In this document: positions 1-12,069 of the stretch, in pieces | Position numbering within the stretch: position 1 is the stretch's first letter | How the letters are laid out: each line of letters begins with the position of its first letter | From: Eledone cirrhosa | Taxonomy: Eukaryota | Assembly: GCA_964016885.1 (NCBI GenBank) | Contig: OZ024742.1 | Span: 123,380,001-123,444,000 of the forward strand | Direction: 5' to 3' | DNA length: 64,000 nt | Translations under genes and position numbers: made by a program | Notes under the pieces: model-generated | What the model was told of the DNA's origin: nothing | The model's input: the letters and a program-made list of their open reading frames with translations, nothing else | Database searches by the model: none

Positions 1-219
1 GGTATATGCACAGGTATTTAAGTGTCGTTGGGTTAATCACCCCCCGAATGTGTTGGTGTCAATAACCGAACGAAACTTTTGTACATGTATACGTGTGACT
101 GTTGTAACTAATTAAACTTAACTCGTCCTATGGACTGAGTGTTCTAAACCCTTGGATGTTTACATCGAATTTGTACTAGAGTATATACATATATGTGCGT
201 GTGTATGTTTTGTGTGTAA

Positions 220-400
220 AAAAAAAACAGAAATAAAGTAAACGTCTCGTACAATGAAGAAATACATTGATATAGTTGGAAAAGGGTCTTAACATTTCGG
301 ACACTAATCTTTCATCAGAAGATAGAATGAGAAATAAAAGATGAAATAGAAAAATAGAGACTGAGAAGAGGAAAGAACGGAAAAAATGTTTTTTGATAAA
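220..400 (-). mobile_element. Short Penelope-like pseudo-LTR-derived repeat carrying a hammerhead motif
   Basis: Homologous by eye to 650-800 in the opposite orientation; contains a hammerhead core (next feature). Confidence 0.6.
287..322 (-). ncRNA. Type I minimal hammerhead ribozyme (partly degenerate)
   Basis: Minus strand reads tctt-CTGATGA-aagattagtgtcc-GAAA-tg-TT-aaga. Stem I is tctt/aaga; stems II and III are eroded. Confidence 0.65.
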
Positions 401-418
401 AAGTAATTATATTTGTAC

Positions 419-423
<5 letters not shown>

Positions 424-516
<93 letters not shown>
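424..516. repeat. (GT)n microsatellite
   Basis: Pure GT run of about 46 units. Confidence 0.98.
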
Positions 517-517
<1 letters not shown>

Positions 518-649
518 TATAAAAACATATTTGATCCATCCTACAATGAAGAGATTTAAATTAATGATGACTTAATCGAGACTGACGGTGATCGATTTGA
601 CACACACATATTATATATAGAGAGAGACAGATGACTGACTGAATATACA

Positions 650-800
650 CGTTTTTTCTCTCTTTCTATTTCATCATCTTTTTCTTATCCCATCTTCTGA
701 TGAAGGTCTAGTGTCCGAAACGTTAGGATTATCTTCCTACTATTTCAATCATTAAACAATCATCGTACTGTGTCGCTTGCTATGATACTTCTGTTTAAGT
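650..800 (+). mobile_element. Short Penelope-like pseudo-LTR-derived repeat carrying a hammerhead motif
   Basis: CT-rich leader, hammerhead, short tail. Same family as 220-400 and probably 15955-16100. Confidence 0.6.
692..729 (+). ncRNA. Type I minimal hammerhead ribozyme
   Basis: atctt-CTGATGA-agg tctagtgt cc-GAAAC-GTT-aggat. Stem I atctt/aggat, palindromic mini stem III (ACGT), predicted cleavage after GUU at 724. Confidence 0.75.
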
Positions 801-808
801 GTACACAC

Positions 809-869
<61 letters not shown>

Positions 870-2919
870 ATCCGTACTCGTTTCTCATCTGAGAAAACAA
901 CAATTCTAACTAATAAAGGATTTGGTTTATGATGACCCATCTAACCCATGTCAGCATGACAAAAAAGTCGTTAAATTATGATAACGAACAGGAGGACATA
1001 TATTACTAAAAAAATATTTATGTTTCGATGATTACTCTCTAGCAACTAACACATTTCTTTCAATATCAGGTAGCAATGACGATGTTGGTAGTGTATATAT
1101 TTTGTATGAATTATTAAATAAATATTTTGGGATGACGTGAATACCTCTGGTTTTGAGGTGTGGTTATTAATAAGGAAAATCCACATGAATTTTAAACATT
1201 AATATGAGTTTCCCATAAGAATAACAAAATTTACACTAGAAGAAGAAGAAGAAGAAGAAGAAGAAATCTCAAATTATATTATGTTGTATGGGTTGGAAAC
1301 ATGAGAATTATTACAATTTGAAATTAAATATCAAAATTTTTAAAAATCAATTTAAAAGAGACATTGATGTGTTTTCTCAGATACACAGCTCAAATTACAC
1401 ATAACATTTATGATAAACAGCCATGTATATATAAGTACGTGTGTGTATGTCTACATGTATGTGGGTGTGTTTACAATTTCTCCCTTCCCTTGCTTTCTGT
1501 CTTCTGCCTCCCTCACCCTCTCTTTTGCCTTTATACAATTTCAATTTAGAACAAAACACATATTTGTAGAAACACATTCTAAATTGCATTCATACCTACA
1601 TACACACAATTTTGACCTTGCTTCTGCCTTGATAAGCATAACTTGAATATTATCACTTGAGCAATATATCGACATAAATCAAATCTGCTAAATAATTCCT
1701 TTGTCTTTTAAGATTCTTTGCATATTTTTATATTAATTTTTTTTTTTCACACCAAAATATTACAAACCAGAAACACACATTCAAATATATATATACAAAT
1801 ATTTCTATATGCACTTATCTGTGCAGAAAAGCAAGTGTATACATATTGCAGCTTCACTGAAATGTAAAAAAAACCTCAGATTTGAATATCATAAATCTAT
1901 ATTTATGTAAACATACTCCCATAGAACCATGAATCATTCACTTTCCTTTTATACACATTTGTATTTCTACATTTAAAAGATATGTACTCAAAATTTAAAG
2001 TATATTAAAAGATAAATCCAAAAATATAAATATATATATATAAAATTACAAACACATTTATTTTAAGCCATAATACAATTTTAAATAATTTAATTCCTGT
2101 CTTGGGAAAAATACATCTGTCAGAAACTTAAGCTCTAATAAAATACAAGCAATATTTTACATTGCCATAAATTCAGGATTACCATTTCTTAACTATCAAC
2201 ACAGCAATATTTTATATCTTTTCAGCTCATAAATTCTTCAACCTATTTCTCTCCTCATTGCTACAAAACTGTTATTCATCATGTTGAAAATGTGGTCAAT
2301 TTCTCCCTAAACCAATCTATTCCCATGGTATTTGACACTTTCATATCATTTTCTGAGCTCCTGTGGTTCAAACTTTTTATTTATGTTCTGTCATTAATGG
2401 TTGCTAGAAGATCTTTCAACTAAATGTGTTGTTGGAAAACTTCTCAAGTACTGTAGTACAACATATTTGCTAAGCTTAATCCAAAGACTATATGACTGCA
2501 CCTCAACACAGGAAAAATAAATCAACAGCATCATCATTTCTACGTCGGCTCTTTCATGTTGGTAAAGATTGAATGGGACATTTTGAGGCAGAGTTTTATG
2601 GCTGGATGCCCTCCCCAGACCCAACCCTTTTTTACAACACATATAGATGTGCATATTCTAAAAGCTGAGATACACACTGTAAACTAAGATAATTCTGTAA
2701 TCATTTCTAACATAGGTCATGAATTTACATAGAGTGTAGAATCTAGTAAAGGCATCTTTCCATCCATAGCCAGTTATTGTATTGAGCACAGAAGGATGAA
2801 ATGCATAGTTGACAATAACATGAATTTAAATCAGTTAGTAGAGAGCTATTACTACATAGATACCAAAGTAATTTTGTTTGACACTCTTTTCTTTCTGTTA
2901 CTGTGATAATCTTCTTCTT

Positions 2920-3230
2920 CTCCCACTTATTGATGGGAGGGTTGTGGAGGCAGAGTAATTAAACACACCTTGTCAGAAGCAACCTTCTCCAATTGATTTG
3001 GCTGAGTCTCCAAGCTAGACCAGCCGAGGTCATCGATGTTATCCAACCATTTTGCTTGGCGTCAACCACTGGGTCTCCTATCAGTTGGTTTTGTTCATAG
3101 AATGTGTCCAGCAATTCTTTCCGGAGAGAATCTAACCCCAAGTCCATAATATTGAATCTGTGATCTCTCAATTCAGAGAAGTAGCAGCACCACTTGGAGC
3201 ACCTCTCTGATCTCTGAGCTACAAATTCTA
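2920..3230 (-). mobile_element. Old RTE-clade LINE 3' fragment (family B)
   Basis: Homologous to 10500-11030 and 18680-19070; degenerate RTE C-terminal coding sequence. Confidence 0.65.
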
Positions 3231-3784
3231 GCAATGTTAAATTAAGTACACAGCATAATAGTTTAGCCAAGTAAAATATGATATGATCTATGTTATACAA
3301 TTCTGATTGTACTAATTTGAACATAAAATTATCAGATTCTATATATTTTATACAAACTTCATTCTTATTCTCCATTATTCTGTTTGACTAAATTCTTACA
3401 AAATTTATATTATTTGATATTTTACACAACTATCATCACCATCCTCGTATATTTACTTTCCTCTCTAATAGGGGTTAGAAGTTATCACAGTAATCTGAGT
3501 CAGCTCTTATTTGTAGTTACTGCCACCCCATTCTCTAGATGAGACAGAGGATGATGTCTCACAAGTACATTTCATTTGTGGGTATAGCCTCTAAAGCTGG
3601 GTGTGCTGATTGCATTATATCATAGCACCAGTATTAAAAGTTTGCCTTTTATACCTCTCATGACTAAAGGGTACTCAATATTCTATATTGTCTCACTTTT
3701 TACAAAACAGCATATACAAAACAATTTATAAATGAGAAAGCAATGAAAATGAAAGAATCAAAGCTAGTAAGTAAAGTGAATATA

Positions 3785-4476
3785 TAATAATGATAATAAT
3801 GAAATTATTGTGTACAGTAGTCAGATACACTACAACTCATCAAAGGTTCATGTATAGTGCATAGAATAATGTACAAATGTCAGGAAAGTGAACAGTGTAT
3901 GAGTCATGATATACACAGAGATACATGCATGCGTGTGTATGGAGGGGAAATATCAGTTCTAGTGTTGGTGAATTTCAGAAAGCATGGAGGTTTTAAAAGA
4001 TGCAATGTCTCAGCAGCTAAAAGCTGATCCATGTAGTTTGTTCCATGCCTCAGCAACTGAGCGTGAAAAAATGTTTCCGAATGTCATGGGAGCCATGCTG
4101 TTTTCTGACTTTGTAGGCATGCCCATGTGTGTTAGACACATGGAATTCAAAATGGTGCTCAGGGTTGTTGGCAAGATGGTTAATAATTTTGCAGGTGTTT
4201 ACCATGTCAGTTGCCAGATGTCGGAGCTTCAATGTATACATGCCCAGGGAAGCAAGGCATTCAGAGTATGGTAGATGCCTGATTGAGGATATTTGCTTGG
4301 TTGCACATATCTGAACAGTTTCCAGGAGGTCAATATTCTGAGCAAGATAGGGGTTCCAGACTGGTGATGCACAAATTCTAAGTGTGGCAGCACCATAGCT
4401 ATATACAGCTTTAAATAGATACTTGGAGAGCTTCTGACAAAGGTCTTACTAAGTGTTAACCAAGATACCCTCAGCC
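3785..4476 (-). mobile_element. CR1-type LINE 3' fragment
   Basis: Minus translation gives KLYIAMV.PHLEF..., TLKLRHLATDMVNTCKIINHL, THGHAYKVRKQH..DIRKHFFTL, AEAWNKL, typical of the CR1 ORF2 C-terminus; followed by an (ATT)n-like tail. Confidence 0.85.
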
Positions 4477-5933
4477 TCCAAGCAGTAACACATAAAATGT
4501 GAGTAACATGATAACTTTAATGAAAACTATATTGAGGACAAGTAAAATCTTAACAATGAAATAAAGACAAGGGTGATAACTCATGCAGAAGGCAAACCAT
4601 CTAGTAGGGCAGTGGTTCCAAATAAAATAGGGTAGATGTCAGCTCCATACTCTATGGAGAAAGCAACCTGCCTAGGAGAGTAGTCACTCTGAATAAAAAC
4701 TAATACAGGGTAGAGAGGACCCAACAGTCCAGTTAAACAACTTCTCTGGTGTTGTTGGTACAAATATTGCACCCAGTCCACACTGTAATGTGGTTGGTGA
4801 TAGCAAGGGCATCCAGACAGTAAAACCTTGTAAAAACCATGTAATAAATATACTAATTTATACAAAACATTCTATCAAATATAATAAAATCACATCCCAC
4901 CACTGCTACCACAATTCTTTCTATTATTGCTGCCCAGTGAGAAATTGATAAAATTGTTACAGTGCATATCACTGAGGCATTTGTTCTTGTTCATAGCCTG
5001 CTGAGGATAGCATTACACTTTGGGGGTTGATAAAACAAAATAGCAGTCCAAGTCGATGGATTGGCAAAACTGGGATTGTAGTATGAAAAGATTTGTTGTA
5101 TGTATTCCAGCACTTTATGTTCTGAGTTGCTATGTTCTGAGTTCATAGACATAATTACATTTCCAGGTTTGGGATCAAAACTTAGTCCTTGGGTCCCTTC
5201 TGTTCAAACATCCTAGCCAGTTTGAAGACAGCTTTCTGCCTCTCTCCAATCAATCTCAGAGGACCCCAAAAAATTTAATTCATAGATAATATCCTCCCTA
5301 TATGATTAAATGGTAACCCCATAGTTGTTCAGTATATCATCAGTAATAGGGAATTTAGCGAAAGCTTTTCGTGTCAAAAACCAACATTTTCACTAACATA
5401 TAAAATGGGCAAAAGGGCAAGTCAATCTACAAGTTCCCTCATTAGCTTACTGAGTGTGGTGGCCTCGTCAAATTGGATCAAGGAAATAATATTTTCATTG
5501 GTCTTTCAATTACAAATACTATGTACGGATCATAATTCCTAGTACAAAGAGCAACAGAAAATAGTCTTACTCAAAGACATAAGACATCACTCAGTTTAGG
5601 AATTGAACTAGCAAACTCATGATTATGAATCCAATTCTCTAACTACTAACCCATGCACCTGAACATATATGGAGGTAAATGTTTCCAAGTGTGCCAAAAT
5701 CTTTACTGGATTCTATATGTACACACACGTGTTTGACTCTATGCAGTGGTTTACTGTTATGCTGCTGCGCATACATACATTCATTAAAATATCAATATAT
5801 ACAAAGATAGGAAGCAAATCTTTTTTAGACATGAGCTATATATGGTAACTATTTTTTCAAAATTTAAACATTTCTTTTTAATGAAAAGAAAAATAAACAC
5901 ACAAGCATGCAAGCAAATATCATCATCATCATC

Positions 5934-5968
<35 letters not shown>

Positions 5969-6060
5969 CGAAATAACAAAAAGAAACAGAAAACAAAATA
6001 CAAATGCAAGAGTAAATGTTACATGTTATTATTAGCTTCACTCTAAATATATATATATAT

Positions 6061-6110
6061 AGGTCCAACACTTGCTAGCAGGGACAGTGGACATTAAATG
6101 TTGATGATTA
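6061..6110 (+). mobile_element. Ultra-short RTE 3' tail (~50 bp) inside (TA)n
   Basis: gtccaacacttgctagcagggacagtggacattaaatgttgatgat matches the RTE terminal stem-loop plus (ATG)n tail. Confidence 0.7.
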
Positions 6111-6649
6111 TATATAAATATATGTTTATAAGAGAAAGGGAGGAGTGAAGGATTGAAACTTTATATAATCACAAGAAAAATATATAATAATTTAATACAT
6201 TCCATTCCTTTATTGAATGTCATTATATCAAAACATAATTAAATTAAGAACCAGAGAGAAAAAAATAAAGATGTAACATTTCTATACTACAGAAATAAAA
6301 TTGGAATGATTTACCATCTGTCAATTTATAAATTAACAAATAATATTTCAGTCCTTAGTTATTTTTTCTAGTCACTACATTTCTAAAACTTTTTCTCTTT
6401 TTTATCTACAAATATTTTTACAAATATATATACTAAAGATTATTTATTCATTTCGAGAACATTTTTTCTTCCCTTGTGTTTGTTATCTCTAGTTATAAAG
6501 TTAATTTCAATATATTTTAATTTTCAATTTCTATGTATATTTTTTTTTTCTTCTTTTTTTTCTACATTCCTGTCATCCAGTAGATGAGACTTATTACTAT
6601 GTCATTAATATTAACTCCACTTTATTATGTAATTACTTGTCTATCAACT

Positions 6650-7200
6650 GTGTAGAAGAATTTACTTATCCGGACAGTAAAGTTTCTAGCTGTGAAAGCA
6701 ATATAAACAGAAACATTGGTAAGGCCTGGGGTACCATTGCGAAGTTATTTCTAGGAAAAATCTACACTTCCAGACCAAGAAACTGTTAACTCTGTTCTAT
6801 TTAATGGCTGCTTTGCATGGACCATTACCTCAAAACTGGAAAGAAGAAGATTAGATGGAGCCTACACTTATATGCTAAGTGTGGCTTCGGAGAAATCCTC
6901 TGACCAATGTGTGATTGTATGGGAATCTTTGCCAGTGCTAGACATTATCAAAGAGCATAGAATAAGATTCACAGGACATTGCAGGAGATGTAAAGACAAA
7001 CTTGCTAGTGAAGTTCTTTTGTGGGAACCATCACAAGGAAGAGCTAGCAGAGGATGACAAGCCAAGACCTATATCAAGTAGATTTGTGGTAACATAAACT
7101 GCAATCCCTGTGTACTGCCGAAAATGATGAACAATATAATTAGATGGTGACAGAGAGTCAAGGGAGTCCGTGAAAGCAGTGTGACCTATTGATTGATTGA
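6650..7200 (+). mobile_element. Degenerate RTE-related non-LTR retrotransposon 3' fragment
   Basis: Translates VEEFTY..., GKAWG, LDGAYTYML, RIRFTGHCRRCKDKLASEVLLWEPSQGRASRG; ends in TGAT repeats. Confidence 0.75.
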
Positions 7201-8694
7201 CTTGTTTATCACTACTTTGATTATTTTCCTATTTGTAAAAATGATTTACTTAGCAATGACAGATATCTACTGTAGAATAAAGCTACATATCTAGTATACA
7301 GTATGTTTAAAAAAATTAGATATCATTTGAGAAGGAAATATCTCAGAAATTGCGCCTGGAATTCACCTACCTTTGAATTTCTCATTTAAATTTTGAGGAA
7401 TAAATCTTATATTGCTCAATATTACTCCACATCCATCTCTTTGTCCTAGACTTTGTAGCTTCTGGGATATTTAGATTTCAAATGATATCAAATTTTTATA
7501 TACACCCTGGATTTCCATTATATAGCTGGTTATATTTGAGTACTATAGGGTTGGACAAATGCTTACCAGTATTTATTTGGTTCTTTGCATTCTAAATTCA
7601 AATCCTACTGAAGTCAACTTTGCCTTTTATCCTCTTGAGTTCAAAACAAAAATACCAGTACAATACTTGGGTCAATTCTTCCTCTATATATTTCATTATC
7701 ACTTCTACTTTCTCTCTCTTTTTCTCACTTTGACTATCTCTCTGGTCAAGCCAGGTTTAACAATTGCCAAAGACAAACACTATGTTACTATGGCACCCCT
7801 ACAAATCCATCAGTAGTTACAGGCCTAAAAATACATTTGATTACTGAACTTTTAGACATTTTTCAAATTACCCATCTAAGAATTCTGAACAGATCCGCCA
7901 GATTTAGAGTTTGATATTCCAATTAAAGTCAGAATGATGGATCCATTGTAACTCACATCTTTACCAACTCTTAGTACTTTTAAGAACTAGCAATTGTGAT
8001 AGGCATTTCTGAGTTTCTAAACTATTTTGTACAACAATTGTTGTCTACATATTAATCTGCATCCAAACTTCGGTTTGGATACAGTTTAAAGACATTAGTT
8101 TTGCTTTTATATGATTATTTTTATTTCTGTCTCATACCCAAAATATCCAGCCAACAGAAAGAAGGAAACAATTTTGATCATACTGGACCTGCAAAATAAT
8201 AGTAAACATATTTTTTTGATTATGGTATTAGAAATAAAAAGAAAAACAATACACACACGCACAAAACAGCTGCAACTTATCTGCTTCAGTAATTCTAGCA
8301 AATACCATTGAACATTTGTTTGTCTAAAAAAGAAATATAAAAATATTAAACAAAATGAAAACTTTAGTCGTTTGCTTAGAGACAAGAATGAAAATTTATC
8401 AGCATAGAACTTAGGAATGTAGATTTACGTTACTCACACTCTTTTGTGTTTAGATCTTTTATGATTCTATTTTCTTTTTAAAAAAAATTCAGAAAAGTAG
8501 TTGTCAATGTGAACTCTTTGAATTCCTAGTCTTCTTTCTCAATGCTTTCAAACACTAATTGACATTAGAGTTTCCATGTTTATCCATAGTTATTGGTTAA
8601 AATACTGTTGGCGTTACATGCAATGCTTTCTTCATATTCTGGCAGACAAAAATGTTACTCTGTCATAGCCAAATGCATATATTAAAAGTTTGTT

Positions 8695-8900
8695 CAAAGT
8701 TGAAGGCTCATCTCTGGTTTCCTTAGCATCAAGCGACTGAGAGTGCAAGACTCTCTCTGGACAGGATGCCAGTCTATCACAGGTTTAACTCCCCAGCTAC
8801 TACTGTACTTACTTTCAGCTGAGTGTGCTGGAACAATGGGAAATAAAGTATTTTGCTGAAAAACCGAATGCAAGAATCGAATCAACAGAATTACAGTTGT
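8695..8900 (-). mobile_element. Degenerate tRNA-derived SINE (family with the gatagactggcatcctgtccag motif)
   Basis: Central block actttatttcccattgttccagcacactcagctg is shared with the SINEs at 32300-32625 and 33965. Confidence 0.55.
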
Positions 8901-10499
8901 ATGTCAAGCATCCTTGGTACAACAAGATGCAATGATTTAGTTTTCAGTGTGCAGTAGCAAATATTTTGGTGACATATTATCTATAACACTAATACCATTA
9001 TACAAGTATTGTTTATATATATTTGTTTAAGGTATTCTATCTTATTTTTAAGATGCTGTCCTAAAATATCATCATTTGATCAAATGATTATAAGTCCTAT
9101 GATTACAAGAAAAAAGGAAATGAACCAAATTTCACATCAAACCATGGAAACTATGTTTCCATTTATATTTCCATTGCTATTACTATCTGGTAATCACAAC
9201 TACTGACAGAAAGTGGCTAGATTTGAACTCAGAATGCACAGAACTGAGTCAAATACTGCAAATCATCCTGTCCAACACTTTAAAAATTGTGCCTGTCCAG
9301 CATCCCTGCATTAGTGCATTAATTATTACCTAAATGGGTGAACAAAATTTAACTCAGTGGAATCGAACTCAAAGTACAGAGAGCTAGAATAAATACCTAG
9401 GCCTTTAATCGAATAGTCTAACAATTATTCATGGCTTTGTATTGTCAACATAATCCAGAAAAGTTTTCAGCAATAACAAATCATAATTTTATTTCTTGTT
9501 TATGTTTGGTAAGATATTTGATCAGAAATCATTCCTTCAAACAGATACAAATCCATTTTCATAGAAATATTCTGAACATTTAATAAATATAAACATACAA
9601 TTGTTATTCCCTTCATTTTATTCCTATCAATATTTACAGGCATCAAAGATTTCATCATACTCATATGACCTGATCATAAATATACTACTTAAAACTGTGA
9701 AATAATATTATCATATAGATATTCTTCTCACTCAAGCTAAAGTTACATATTTTATTACTGTTATTATGCATGTAAGCACTGTAAAGTAGTTTTAAGTGCC
9801 CAGGAAGCCAAGTTTGTAATTCATATATGAGTCCTAGTTGAACCATTTAAAATTCACTTACTCATTCATGTTCATACTGTAGTTCCAGATGCATGTATTT
9901 ATTTATAATCTAAAAACTACAAATGGAGATGCTCAGCCAGATTGAGTTGGTTCTTGATGCACTAAATAAACATTGCAATCTAAAGACATCGTATCAGAGA
10001 TAAAGGGCATTATTATTCAATGTATAATCTACTCATTAAGAATGGATGTATTCCATAAGCAAATATATTTGTACTGATTTAAAGCAAAGAGGTGAAAATT
10101 GGTGTGCAAGTATAATGTAAATAGGAATATACAAATTGAAAGGTAGAAAATTGCAATTTGCACATATCTGTTGTCTCCTTAGAATCTAATAAAGCCAATT
10201 TTGAAACAAAACTCTTTAGAAATTCTTTGAGAATCTCGAAAACAGAAAATAACTGTGAACAGTTGTTTGCTACAAATAATAGCTTAGACAATTTGGTAAA
10301 ATACCCCTATAGACAGAAAAGGGGTCAGCACCCACTAAAGAGAAACAAGCTCTGTACATCTTTGTAGTGGTTGCTGGCTACTTTTTTGCCCGATTTTCTA
10401 AGCAATTATTTATAACAATCGACTGTGTTATTTTCTGAGTTCACGACATTCTTTACTTCCTAAGAATTTAAACTCACTCGACACTCCGATGGTTTGTTT

Positions 10500-11030
10500 A
10501 AAAACACTTATCTTTGCCAAATTATTCTTAGGAGGATCCTGGGACAGAGTCATCAAACTCTCTTTCCAGCAGGCCCTGTCAGAAACAATTTTCTCTCAAT
10601 TCATCTGACTGGATCCCCAAACAAGAATAGCCGAGTTCATGGATATTTTCCAACCATTTTACTCGGCATCTACCCCTGGGTCTCCTGTCGGTGGTTATGC
10701 CTGTAAAATCTGTTCAGTGATTCTTTCCTGAGATACTCTAACCATAGTATCTCATTTTGGAGTAGTAGTGTCTCTATCTGGAGTGATTTTCTAATCTCCA
10801 AACTACACACTCTATTGAGTAACATTACTCCAAAGACTCTTCAGAGGAATCCCGTTTCAGCCAATTGTATTCATAATTGTATTCTTTCGGTTATTGCCCA
10901 AGATTCATGACCATGTGTAAGTGTTGATGTGAACACCAAATTGAAGATAGCGAGTTTGGCTCTTACACCTACCTCCCTTCTTCTGATGACTGAATGTTGA
11001 AGCTGGTGCATTACTGTGTTTGTAAGCTCA
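10500..11030 (-). mobile_element. Old RTE-clade LINE 3' fragment (family B)
   Basis: Degenerate coding for TYGHESW, ETGFL*RVFGVMLL, R.SQER; homologous to 18680-19070. Confidence 0.75.
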
Positions 11031-11360
11031 GTAGAATTTATTCAAGATATATATTTAATGCAAATTAATGTTTCAGTTAAATAATGTCTTCGTGAGATCA
11101 TTCATACCTTCATTTCTTGATGTAAAGATGCAGATATATATCTATATATCTACATAAGTGTTTGTCTGTAAATATAAAGGTACACACACACACACACAAT
11201 CATATGGATATGTGTATATGTATGTGTGCATGTGTGTTTCTGTGTGCCTGAGTGTATGTATAGATACATATATTTGTCTATCTATACACCTAATTCTCTA
11301 TCTCTGTTTCAGCCTATGTACTCTTTTACTATCTGTCTGTCTAACTGTCAATTTATAGTT

Positions 11361-11560
11361 ATCTGAATGGACCACACCTGACTCCCCAGACCACTCATTT
11401 ACTCTCAAATATATATGGGGAAAAGAAACCAAGGAAGACTTAGACTGAGATTTAAAGATACAGCAAAAATGAATGTGAAGTGGAAAGGAATTGAACATAA
11501 CAAATGGCTAACTCAAAGAGCAAACTATCCATTATGGAGAAAGCTTATCAAGTCATGCCA
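11361..11560 (+). mobile_element. Old RTE C-terminal fragment
   Basis: Translates MDHT*LPRPLIYSQIYMGKRNQGRLRLRFKDTAK, an RTE C-terminal motif. Confidence 0.65.
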
Positions 11561-11656
11561 AAATCAAGAACAGTCATATTCACGTTAACTGACTGCTTCA
11601 TGATGTTTATTTATATTTACCAATGTAGCAAACTTGGGATAGAAACAACAATAGAG

Positions 11657-12020
11657 CATGTCACAGTAGCAATCTGATGATAGCTAGAAAGATGGATAGA
11701 CAAATAGATAAAAAGTCATTAGAATTTAGTAGAATGATTAAAGAAACTATAGGAGAAAAATACTGTAATAAATTTAAATGAATGTAAATAAATGTAAAAT
11801 GAAATACAGTGATAACCACAATGATAAGGAAAATTGAGGATTCAAACATCCATACATGGAAAGTTGTAATCACAAATTATTAACTTAAATACTTTCCACT
11901 GTAAGACAGATCATTTTTCATGGGTGCTATGGTAGTTCATACATATATAGGCACACATCACACACACACACATACATATGTGTGTGTATGTGTGTGTGTG
12001 AGTGTGTATGTATATATATA
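11657..12020 (+). repeat. Left arm of a ~370-bp inverted duplication
   Basis: Reverse complement of ~14888-15286, with a few substitutions and one 13-bp indel. Confidence 0.95.
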
Positions 12021-12029
12021 GATATATAT

Positions 12030-12067
<38 letters not shown>

Positions 12068-12069
<2 letters not shown>

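Noticed and set aside
2959-3375. 138-aa minus-strand ORF
   Set aside because: Mostly an out-of-frame read of a decayed RTE 3' end plus AT-rich flank.
10079-10310. Protein-like minus frame (…EFLKSFVSKLALLD…) after an acceptor-like site
   Set aside because: Only a faint resemblance to hAT transposase text; no donor, second exon or recognisable domain.
11671-11705. CTGATGA-tagcta-GAAA as a hammerhead
   Set aside because: No stem III or NUH site and no stem I partner.
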